A stretch of DNA of 32,000 bases, from the NCBI GenBank assembly GCA_000503915.1, contig CP006915.1:1-32000 (forward strand). Reading direction: 5' to 3'. The DNA comes from Candidatus Saccharimonadota bacterium (GTDB lineage Bacteria; Patescibacteriota; Saccharimonadia; Saccharimonadales; Saccharimonadaceae). The position numbers and the translations under genes are program-made. A model generated the notes under the pieces. That model was not told the origin of the DNA and did no database searches. It saw only the letters and a program-made list of their open reading frames with translations. Shown here piece after piece: positions 1 through 7,200 of the stretch. Position 1 is the stretch's first letter; every line of letters begins with the position of its first letter.

Positions 1-1149
1 TCACGGCAAGGTGTAAGTATAGGTACACGTCGTTCCGCTCAGCGTCCCTCCATCAGCGCAGTAGTAGTAGCCGCTTGATTGAGTGGCGGTATAGGTATTT
101 GTACACGTTGATCCGCTTAAACTACCGCCGCTAGGACAGTCATAGTATGACCCGCTGTACACTGCCGGGTGAGTACACGTGCTGCCACTCAGCGTGGCTC
201 CGGATTCATTACACCAATAGTATGTTCCTGTGGGCTGCCTATCATAGCAGTTATATGTGCCGTTCGTATTCAAGTAAGAATAGTTCGTTCCCGATGGACA
301 CTGTGAAGAAGTATTGGCGGTCCCCAGAGATTTCATACAGTAGTTGGTCCCTCCAATATTCTGGACGCTATAACTGGAACTCGGACAAACTTGCGCAGTA
401 CCGGGATATGTACAAGTTGCGCTACTTCCCGACCCGTTCATTGTCTCACCATAGTGACAATAATAATATGCCGCGTGGTAGGTGGCAGCGTAAGTATTTG
501 TACAAGTCGTACCACTCAATGTGCCACCACTCGGGCAGCTGTAAGTGCCGCTCTGGTAGGTAGCAGCGTAGGTTTTGGTACAGGTATTGCCGCTTTGGGT
601 TTCACCGGCGGCACAGGTGGCGGTACCGGCGACTGGCGTGAAGGTATCGTGCAGGCTTTTGGCGATGACGATACTGTTGTCGCTTTCTTTCTGGTATTGG
701 AGCTGGTAGCCATCACAGTAGCCAGTCAGGCTGGTCTGGCACTGGGTGTTTTTGGTACTGTTGGTGGTGTTGGCACTGTAGAGCAGCCGGGTGGGGCTAG
801 GACTACTGGTGACGATGGAGTTCTTGGTGGCGTCGTCCGCCAGGGGGAGTTTGAAGGTGCTGGCACTAACGACACCGAGCTTTTGTTTGAGGGTTGCCAC
901 GTCTTGGCTGGTCATAAGGGCAACCGAGGGGTATTCACCGTTTTTACGGTAGTACTTTTCTAGAGCGGTCGAGAGAATCTTGACGTTAGCGTCACGGGCA
1001 GTATCGCGGCTGCTCTTTTGGATTGATGCGGCTGAGAGAGAGACCAGGCCAGCCAGGAGGCCGATGACGATGACGACGATGGTGAGTTCGACAAGGGTGA
1101 AGGCGGGGAGGAAACGATTAATGCGTTGTTGTTTTAGTGTTTTTGCCAT
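1..1149 (-). CDS. Type IV pilin-like protein with C-terminal Cys-paired Ser/Thr/Gly/Tyr-rich repeats
   Basis: Complete 382-aa ORF (TGA at 1-3). The N-terminus MAKTLKQQRINRFLPA|FTLVELTIVVIVIGLLAGL has a short basic leader, Phe+1, Glu+5 and a hydrophobic helix, i.e. a prepilin (class III) signal, but with Ala rather than Gly at -1. The C-terminal half carries at least 6 copies of Y-x-C-x2-G-[GE]-[ST]-[LM]-[SN]-G-x-[ST]-C-T-x-[TP]-Y. Confidence 0.8.
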   Translation of the reverse strand: MAKTLKQQRINRFLPAFTLVELTIVVIVIGLLAGLVSLSAASIQKSSRDTARDANVKILSTALEKYYRKNGEYPSVALMTSQDVATLKQKLGVVSASTFKLPLADDATKNSIVTSSPSPTRLLYSANTTNSTKNTQCQTSLTGYCDGYQLQYQKESDNSIVIAKSLHDTFTPVAGTATCAAGETQSGNTCTKTYAATYQSGTYSCPSGGTLSGTTCTNTYAATYHAAYYYCHYGETMNGSGSSATCTYPGTAQVCPSSSYSVQNIGGTNYCMKSLGTANTSSQCPSGTNYSYLNTNGTYNCYDRQPTGTYYWCNESGATLSGSTCTHPAVYSGSYYDCPSGGSLSGSTCTNTYTATQSSGYYYCADGGTLSGTTCTYTYTLP

Positions 1150-1158
1150 ACCACTTTA

Positions 1159-1187
1159 AATATAAGCAATATTGTTAAGAAATGCAA
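1159..1187 (-). promoter_or_regulatory. Sigma70-type promoter for the pilin gene
   Basis: Minus strand reads TTGCAT (1187-1182), 17 nt, TATATT (1164-1159), 9 nt, ATG (1149). It lies immediately downstream of the typA stop. Confidence 0.5.
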
Positions 1188-1196
1188 TGATGCAGG

Positions 1197-3020
1197 CTAG
1201 TTTTTACTGGCGCGTTTACGCTCGGTAGGGTTAAGGTAACGCTTACGAAGGCGCAGGCTCTTTGGCGTCACTTCAAGTAGTTCGTCATCATTCAAGAAAT
1301 CGATCGACTGCTCAAGACTAAGTTCGGTATACGGCGTCAGCTGCACGGTACCATCACTACTCTTTGAGCGCATATTAGTAAGGTGCTTCGCTTTACAGAC
1401 ATTGATTTCCAAATCTTCCTGGCGGTTGTAGAGCCCGACAATCATGCCGCCGTAAACCTCTACGGCTGGGCCAATGAAGAGTTCGCCGCGATCTTCGGCA
1501 TTTTGCAGTGCGTACGGCGTAGTCGTTCCAGCTTCAAAGGCAATCAATGCACCGCCGCGTGTATTTTGCAGTTTTGACCCCAGCGGCTGATAGCCGTGCG
1601 GGACACTGTTCATAATCACTGTTCCCTTGGTCGCCGTCAGTAGCTGATTACGCAGACCGATCAGACCGCGCGTCGTAATTATATACGTCTGTCGTGCGCT
1701 CCCGCTACTCGTCGAGTCCTGATGCGTCAGTTCAGCACGACGCGTGCCGAGCTCTTGACTGACCGCGCCAACAAACTCCGTACCGACTTCAATAGTCAGC
1801 TCTTCGACTGGCTCTTTCGTAACACCATCTTCCTCAATCGTCACGACTTGCGGTCGACCAACTTCAAACTCGTAGCCTTCGCGGCGCAGCGTTTCGATTA
1901 GGACGGATAGGTGTAGCTCACCCCGACCGGAAACGACAAAGCCAATACCGTTATCCTCAACCCGTAAGCTGACATTGGTCTCCAGTTCCTTTTTCAGACG
2001 GTCACCAATCTGACGACTGGTTGTAAACTCACCTTCCCGACCTTTCACCGGACTGGTGTTTGGGCCAAGATACATACTGAGTGTTGGTGCTTCAACTTCG
2101 ATTTGTGGTAGGGCCTCCGGACTTTCGCTATCGGCAATTGTTTCACCAATATGTGCGTCCGAAACACCAGTAATCGCAACGATGTCGCCGGCGATCGCTT
2201 CACCGATCTCTTCTTTATTCAGCCCTCGATAGCCAAATAATTTATCAATCTTCGCGTTTTTTGTCACCCCGTCACGCTTCATCAAGACTACTGCCTGATT
2301 CTTCTTGGCTTTGCCCCGCGTGATGCGCCCGATCGCATATTTACCAAGAAATGAGTCGTACTGCAGGCTCGTCACGAGGAGTTGCAGCGCACCGTCAGCA
2401 TCTACCTGTGGTGCCGGGATATCATTCACAATAGCATCAAAAATTGGCGTCAGGTCGGCGTGTTCGGCAACATTCGCTGGCATCTCGTGCCAGGCTTTGC
2501 CATCGCGACCGATTGCATAATACGTTGGGTAGTGGAGTTGACTGTCGTCGGTGGCGAGTTCCAGGAATAAGTCAGCGACTTCATCGACTACCTCTTCAAT
2601 ACGACGCGACGGTTTGTCGATCTTGTTGATAACGACAACTGGTTTCAGCCCAAGCTCCAGCGCTTTCGACAGCACGAATTTCGTCTGCGGCATCGGCCCT
2701 TCCTGTGCGTCGACGATCAGTAGCACGCCGTCGGCCATATTGAGCGTCCGTTCGACTTCACCTGAAAAGTCCGCGTGTCCGGGTGTATCGATAATATTGA
2801 TTTTGTACTCGTCATGGTAGATCGATGTCTGTTTGGCCGTGATCGTGATGCCACGCTCATGCTCCTGGTCACCACTGTCCATAATGAGTTCCTGACTCAT
2901 CTCGGCCTGGTTCTGACGGAAGGTGTTAGACTGCTTCAGTAGACCATCAACCAGCGTCGTCTTACCGTGGTCGACGTGCGCAATAATAGCGATGTTACGA
3001 ATCAGTGTTGAATCTTGCAT
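1197..3020 (-). CDS. typA: Translational GTPase TypA/BipA
   Basis: 607 aa from ATG 3020. GTPase motifs AHVDHGKTT, DTPGHADF and NKID are present, and the layout is EF-G-like throughout. ATG 3020 is preferred over 3035 because GAGGG lies 8 nt upstream of it. Confidence 0.93.
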   Translation of the reverse strand: MQDSTLIRNIAIIAHVDHGKTTLVDGLLKQSNTFRQNQAEMSQELIMDSGDQEHERGITITAKQTSIYHDEYKINIIDTPGHADFSGEVERTLNMADGVLLIVDAQEGPMPQTKFVLSKALELGLKPVVVINKIDKPSRRIEEVVDEVADLFLELATDDSQLHYPTYYAIGRDGKAWHEMPANVAEHADLTPIFDAIVNDIPAPQVDADGALQLLVTSLQYDSFLGKYAIGRITRGKAKKNQAVVLMKRDGVTKNAKIDKLFGYRGLNKEEIGEAIAGDIVAITGVSDAHIGETIADSESPEALPQIEVEAPTLSMYLGPNTSPVKGREGEFTTSRQIGDRLKKELETNVSLRVEDNGIGFVVSGRGELHLSVLIETLRREGYEFEVGRPQVVTIEEDGVTKEPVEELTIEVGTEFVGAVSQELGTRRAELTHQDSTSSGSARQTYIITTRGLIGLRNQLLTATKGTVIMNSVPHGYQPLGSKLQNTRGGALIAFEAGTTTPYALQNAEDRGELFIGPAVEVYGGMIVGLYNRQEDLEINVCKAKHLTNMRSKSSDGTVQLTPYTELSLEQSIDFLNDDELLEVTPKSLRLRKRYLNPTERKRASKN

Positions 3021-3091
3021 AAAAATATCCCTCATCTATGAGGGTTCCTCAGTTACGAGTATACCATCTTGCCCTCAAGTAAGATAGTGTT

Positions 3092-3097
3092 TATAGT
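3092..3097 (+). promoter_or_regulatory. -10 box (TATAGT) 7 nt upstream of ATG 3105
   Basis: TATAGT-aataagc-ATG; there is no room for a Shine-Dalgarno sequence. Part of the window-wide leaderless pattern. Confidence 0.45.
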
Positions 3098-3104
3098 AAT
3101 AAGC

Positions 3105-3662
3105 ATGAACATGAACAATACACCCCCCTACAACAACTACCAAGTGTCCCCCACTGGTGAAGGAAAATCGAAAAAGAAACTTGTCATATTTATCACCCTC
3201 CTCGGCCTACTTTTGGTGGTGGCTGGAGCAGGGGCATATCTTGCAGTTGCCAGTGCTCAAGGGTGGTGGCCGTTTACTGTTGATAGTCCGGCCGAAACTA
3301 CCAAAACCGTAGAGCCACCTATTAAGATTAAAAAGGTGACGGTTTCCACCAAAGATGGCAAGCAGATGCTCGACATCGCCCTCAAGCTGAATTCAAAAGA
3401 CAAAGGCCACTGTGTGCTGGATCTTTCGAGCAAAATAGCTCGACTGACAATTGACGATTCAAAGGCAAACAAACAGCCAGAAGGATCTAAACCTGTCAAA
3501 CCTTGCTTCGGCTGGAACGTCGACGCAAGTGCGCTACCTAATGGCACCTATACGATCAACGTCAAGTTCGTTGGAGCAAAAAGCACTCTCACCACTTCGG
3601 ACAAGGTGACGCTCAAAGATGGTAAAACGCTGACCGAAGACAGCGATACAGATCACGAGTAG
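3105..3662 (+). CDS. Hypothetical membrane-anchored protein (N-terminal TM helix, small extracytoplasmic domain with 2 Cys)
   Basis: 185 aa from ATG 3105 (the track ORF starts at TTG 3069). TM segment LVIFITLLGLLLVVAGAGAYLAV is followed by a Lys/Thr-rich, apparently beta-rich domain. No family recognised. Confidence 0.6.
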   Translation: MNMNNTPPYNNYQVSPTGEGKSKKKLVIFITLLGLLLVVAGAGAYLAVASAQGWWPFTVDSPAETTKTVEPPIKIKKVTVSTKDGKQMLDIALKLNSKDKGHCVLDLSSKIARLTIDDSKANKQPEGSKPVKPCFGWNVDASALPNGTYTINVKFVGAKSTLTTSDKVTLKDGKTLTEDSDTDHE

Positions 3663-3673
3663 TACCTAGGTAC

Positions 3674-6406
3674 CTAGTAAAAAGTAAGCGAAGTTCCTAA
3701 AGATGACCCGCCACTACTACCTCCCACTGCTAAGTTTCCAAACTTTACAAGTGTAGGAACGTAGCGAGTTGCAGAGGTGCCATCGCCTAATTGGCCACTG
3801 TCGGTGTTCCTACCCCAGCAGTAGGCTTTGTCGTCGGAGCCGATCGCGCAGGTATGGTACCATGAGGGCGAAGCATAGATTGATTTAAATGTCATAGTCG
3901 TAGATACGGCTACTGGCGTACTACGATTGGTAACAGTACCGTCGCCTAATTGACCATATCCGTTATAGCCCCAGCAGTAGGCTTTGTCGTCGGAGCCGAT
4001 CGCGCAGGTATGCGTATACCCGGCACTGATTGACTTGAACGTAACTCCCGCAGGAATAGCACCTTGCGCGACAGCAGCTGGTATGCTGCTATTACCGCCG
4101 CCAGTTCCAAGGCGATAAAGAGTGCCATCGCCCCAGCAGTAGGCTTTGTCGTCGGAAGCTATTGCACACGTATGAATCTCCCCAGCGCTGATAGACTTTA
4201 TCGTCGCGCCTGCCGGCATAGCCCCCTGTACAATCGCCTGTGGTCTAGACAGATTGCTGGTTGTATTGTTTCCTAGTTGCCCTGAAGCATTATAGCCCCA
4301 GCAGTAGGCTTTGTCGTCGGAGCCGATCGCGCAGCTATAACGCTCACCGTTCGTGATCGCCTTGAAAGTTACGCCAGAAGGCATGTAAAAAGAATCGACA
4401 GCAACGGGTGTAGTACGCGAGGTTAGTGTGTTATCGCCTATTTGCCCAAACGCATTATTTCCCCAGCAGTAGGCGTTATTGTCGGATGCAATTGCACACA
4501 TATGAACACTGCTATTGCCGCTCACGATCGACTTGAGTGTAGCACCCGAAGGCATAGCGCCTTGAGCAATTGCCACCGGTGAACTGCGATCAGTTTGCGT
4601 CCCGTCAGCCAGTTGGTAATTACCATTATCTCCCCAACAATACCCCTTATCATCAGAGCCGATGACGCAGTTTTGGTAGTCGCCGCCACTGATAGATTTC
4701 ACAGTAACACTTGAAGGTATGGCTCCCTGCAAGACAGCAGCTGGCACATTATGAGCAGTGATTGTACCATCACCAAGCTGGTACTGGCTATTATCTCCCC
4801 AGCAATACGCTTTTCCGTCGGTACCAGCAAAACAGCTATGTTTTGTACCCAGTGCCATTGTCGTTGGCTTAGACGGCCAAGGTCCCTCGCCAGCCAACGT
4901 AGCAACCGGCGTACTGTTTATGCTAGTCGTAGTGCCATTGCCTAACTGTCCATTACCGCCAAGTCCCCAACAATACAGGCTACCGTTAGCAGCAGCACAC
5001 GTGTGGTTATAGCTGCTCGTCGCGTTATCGGTTGCGGACGAGACTTTCGTCACGGTCTTGCCGGCCAATGGACTTATGACCGCAGTTGGTGCGGTGAGTT
5101 GGTTAACTGTACCATCGCCGTTTTGTCCATGGATTCCGTAGCCCCAGCAGTACAAACTGCTGTTAGCAACGGCGCAGACGCCTCCGTTACGAGTAATGAC
5201 ATCAGTAACTGTCTTGCCGGCCAGTGCACCGCCTACCAGTACCGGCGTACTATTGGTAGCGGTGACAGTACCGTTGCCGATTTGTCCATTGCTGCCAAGT
5301 CCCCAACAATACAAACTACCGTCGGCGATGGCACAGGTATGGTTGTAGCCATTAGCTGGATCGCCATCACTCGATGACGATACCTTAGTCACGGTCTTGC
5401 CGGCCAATGGACTTATGACCGCAGTTGGTGCGGTGAGTTGGTTGGTTGTGCCATCACCATTCTGCCCATAAACTCCATAGCCCCAACAATACAAACTACC
5501 GTCGGCTATGGCACAGGTACCAACACTGCGAGTAATGACATCAGTAACTGTCTTGCCGGCCAATGCACCACCTACCAGTACCGGCGTACTATTGGTAGCG
5601 GTGACGGTACCGTTGCCGACTTGTCCGTTATTACCAATCCCCCAGCAGTACAGACTACCGTCGGCGATGGCACAGGTATGGTTGTAGCCATTAGCTGGAT
5701 CGCCATCACTCGATGACGATACCTTAGTAACTGTTTTACCGGCTAATGGACTAATGACCGCAGTTGGGGTAGTGAGTGAGTTGGTTGTACCGTTACCATT
5801 TTGTCCATAAACTCCGTAGCCCCAACAATACAGTCTACCCTCAGCGATGGCACAGGTACCAACACTGCGAGTAACCAGTGATTTGTCATTATTGTTAGTG
5901 GCTTGCGCTCCCCCTGGAACTGCTTTTAGTGTACTGTCGCTCCTTGAAAAGGTGTCCCCACTTGTGGTGCGTACCTGGTCAGTAATCCCTTTCGAATTGA
6001 GATTAGTCAGCTTACCACTGCTATTGGTATCGAAGGTAACTTCAAACTTCACACGGTAGTTGCCGTCCTTCATCACAAAGCAACGAGCATCAGTGCTGGT
6101 GTTCGTACAGGCTACGACTTCATTGCCGCTACAGTCGGTATTCGGCTTGAGTGGCTTGGCATTTGTCCATTGCGGCGTGTTACTGCTGGCTTGAAGGCAG
6201 GCATTCGCCATAATGAGCCCTGATTGGCTACCTTCTTTAGTGAGTTTTTCGGTATACTGATTTGTCAACGCGACATCGATGGAGCTGACGGTCGCAAAGG
6301 CTGCCAGCAGCGGGATAAAGAGCACGACGGCGGCGATCAGAACGGTCGGCAAAGCAAAAGCACGCGTATACCCCCCTGTAGTGATCCATTGCCTAAACTT
6401 AACCAT
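3674..6406 (-). CDS. RCC1-repeat (beta-propeller) surface protein with minor-pilin/PilX-like hydrophobic N-terminus
   Basis: 910-aa ORF. I counted 13 repeats containing [LAG]YCWG-x-[GN]-x2-GQ[LNIV]G[DN]G, the RCC1/ATS1 signature. N-terminus is MVKFRQWITTGGYTRA|FALPTVLIAAVVLFIPLLAAF. Confidence 0.85.
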   Translation of the reverse strand: MVKFRQWITTGGYTRAFALPTVLIAAVVLFIPLLAAFATVSSIDVALTNQYTEKLTKEGSQSGLIMANACLQASSNTPQWTNAKPLKPNTDCSGNEVVACTNTSTDARCFVMKDGNYRVKFEVTFDTNSSGKLTNLNSKGITDQVRTTSGDTFSRSDSTLKAVPGGAQATNNNDKSLVTRSVGTCAIAEGRLYCWGYGVYGQNGNGTTNSLTTPTAVISPLAGKTVTKVSSSSDGDPANGYNHTCAIADGSLYCWGIGNNGQVGNGTVTATNSTPVLVGGALAGKTVTDVITRSVGTCAIADGSLYCWGYGVYGQNGDGTTNQLTAPTAVISPLAGKTVTKVSSSSDGDPANGYNHTCAIADGSLYCWGLGSNGQIGNGTVTATNSTPVLVGGALAGKTVTDVITRNGGVCAVANSSLYCWGYGIHGQNGDGTVNQLTAPTAVISPLAGKTVTKVSSATDNATSSYNHTCAAANGSLYCWGLGGNGQLGNGTTTSINSTPVATLAGEGPWPSKPTTMALGTKHSCFAGTDGKAYCWGDNSQYQLGDGTITAHNVPAAVLQGAIPSSVTVKSISGGDYQNCVIGSDDKGYCWGDNGNYQLADGTQTDRSSPVAIAQGAMPSGATLKSIVSGNSSVHMCAIASDNNAYCWGNNAFGQIGDNTLTSRTTPVAVDSFYMPSGVTFKAITNGERYSCAIGSDDKAYCWGYNASGQLGNNTTSNLSRPQAIVQGAMPAGATIKSISAGEIHTCAIASDDKAYCWGDGTLYRLGTGGGNSSIPAAVAQGAIPAGVTFKSISAGYTHTCAIGSDDKAYCWGYNGYGQLGDGTVTNRSTPVAVSTTMTFKSIYASPSWYHTCAIGSDDKAYCWGRNTDSGQLGDGTSATRYVPTLVKFGNLAVGGSSGGSSLGTSLTFY
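3813..4335 (-). repeat. Four dispersed copies of a 38-45 nt string inside the RCC1 gene
   Basis: ccccagcagtaggctttgtcgtcggagccgatcgcgca starts at 3813, 3968 and 4296, with a diverged copy at 4131. It is in-frame coding for CAIGSDDKAYCWG in successive blades. Confidence 0.9.
4850..5866 (-). repeat. Three tandem 339-bp (113-aa, two-blade) intragenic repeats in the RCC1 gene
   Basis: Unit boundaries are 5866/5527/5188 (codons for SVGTC.. / SVGTC.. / NGGVC..). Units 1 and 2 align without gaps and are roughly nine-tenths identical at nucleotide level by eye. A 43-nt stretch (cggccaatggacttatgaccgcagttggtgcggtgagttggtt) is identical at 5062 and 5401. Confidence 0.9.
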
Positions 6407-6458
6407 ATGCTTGATGGTATTGTAGCGCGTTTTAAGAATAAGGAAAAGTCAGAATATG

Positions 6459-6486
6459 TGGTGGAGCATATATCAAGATATATGCT
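6459..6486 (-). repeat. Duplicate of the 13-nt 3' end of tRNA-Ala, embedded in a 9-bp hairpin
   Basis: tggtggagcatat occurs at 6459-6471 and again at 6531-6543, the tRNA 3' end including CCA. Hairpin is agcatatat-caag-atatatgct at 6465-6486. Confidence 0.85.
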
Positions 6487-6530
6487 ACCGGTGCTCATAA
6501 AACTAAATACGAGCATTCATTTTCTTCGCT

Positions 6531-6607
6531 TGGTGGAGCATATCGGATTCGAACCGATGACCTCTTCCATGCCATGGAAGCGCGCTAGCCAACTGTGCCA
6601 ATGCCCC
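6531..6607 (-). tRNA. tRNA-Ala (anticodon GGC), CCA encoded
   Basis: 77 nt: GGGGCAT..ATGCTCC-A-CCA. It has the G3:U70 wobble (the Ala identity element), anticodon arm CTTCC-ATGGCAT-GGAAG, and T-arm GGTTCGAATCC. Confidence 0.93.
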
Positions 6608-6795
6608 AAAGTTTACCCACACTATAGCAAATATTCGCCCCTATCGCTAGGGACGAATATTGTTCGCTGCTACGCGCCCACCCGGGGCACGGTGCTGTTT
6701 TCGGCTGTGTTTGTTTTAAGCAACAGGGCGTAGTCCCCGTTAGCGTACCAGCTGTAGTTTATTATCTCCTTCTCGGGCAAAAAACGCAAGCGCTT

Positions 6796-6804
6796 TGCTA
6801 TACT
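6796..6804 (+). promoter_or_regulatory. Extended -10 (TGcTATACT) 8 nt upstream of ATG 6813
   Basis: ttTGcTATACT-aaaactac-ATG. Confidence 0.5.
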
Positions 6805-6812
6805 AAAACTAC

Positions 6813-7079
6813 ATGAAGCAAACGAATAAAAAATCCATAGACGCACTCTACGAAACAGTAGGTTGGCTTGGTGCCGGCGGTGTACTCCTCGGCTATGCGC
6901 TGCTCAGTCTCGCTATCATGCCGGGTGATTCTATCTTGTATCACTCCCTGATGCTCTTTGGCTCGGCTGGGCTGGCTCTCATAACCTACAAACGACGATC
7001 CTATCAGCCTATGGTGGTGAACCTTGTTTTTTGCTTTTTCGCCATCGTAGCACTTATCCGACTTATAACGCTCGCATAA
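6813..7079 (+). CDS. Small integral membrane protein (3 predicted TM helices; resembles the CBU_0592-type small membrane protein family)
   Basis: 88 aa with three hydrophobic segments (WLGAGGVLLGYALLSLAI, LYHSLMLFGSAGLALI, VVNLVFCFFAIVALIRLI). The family resemblance is from memory only. Confidence 0.6.
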   Translation: MKQTNKKSIDALYETVGWLGAGGVLLGYALLSLAIMPGDSILYHSLMLFGSAGLALITYKRRSYQPMVVNLVFCFFAIVALIRLITLA

Positions 7080-7200
7080 AATCCCATTATGTGCTACTGT
7101 ATATAGGTTCAGAAGCATACGTGAATCTTTCTCTCCACCAGAGAATGTGAAGCTGCATGGTCGATCTGGCAACACATTAGTAACCAAGAGAAAGAAGCAT

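Noticed and set aside
391-963. 190-aa plus-strand ORF (and 147..563) antisense to the pilin gene
   Set aside because: It is a Gly/Val/Thr-rich low-complexity mirror image of the Ser/Thr/Cys-rich pilin frame. It has no promoter or SD context, and the minus-strand frame has a clear pilin signature.
3813-4335. Near-regularly spaced identical 38-nt strings (spacing about 155-165 bp) that superficially resemble a repeat-spacer array
   Set aside because: They are in-frame codons for the conserved CAIGSDDKAYCWG blade motif of the RCC1 protein. The 'spacers' are homologous to each other, and no cas genes are present. This is not a CRISPR array.
6224-6733. 169-aa plus-strand ORF spanning the RCC1 gene start and the tRNA-Ala gene
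   Set aside because: It runs through a well-formed tRNA and across an intergenic hairpin, so it is an artefact of an open frame.
6662-6760. Possible SRP (4.5S) RNA because of GGUGCUGUUU-like and AGCAACAGGGC-like strings
   Set aside because: It lacks the conserved helix-8 features (GGAA/GNRA tetraloop, symmetric-loop AGCA/GGUCC motifs) on either strand. It is kept only as an unassigned region in the findings.
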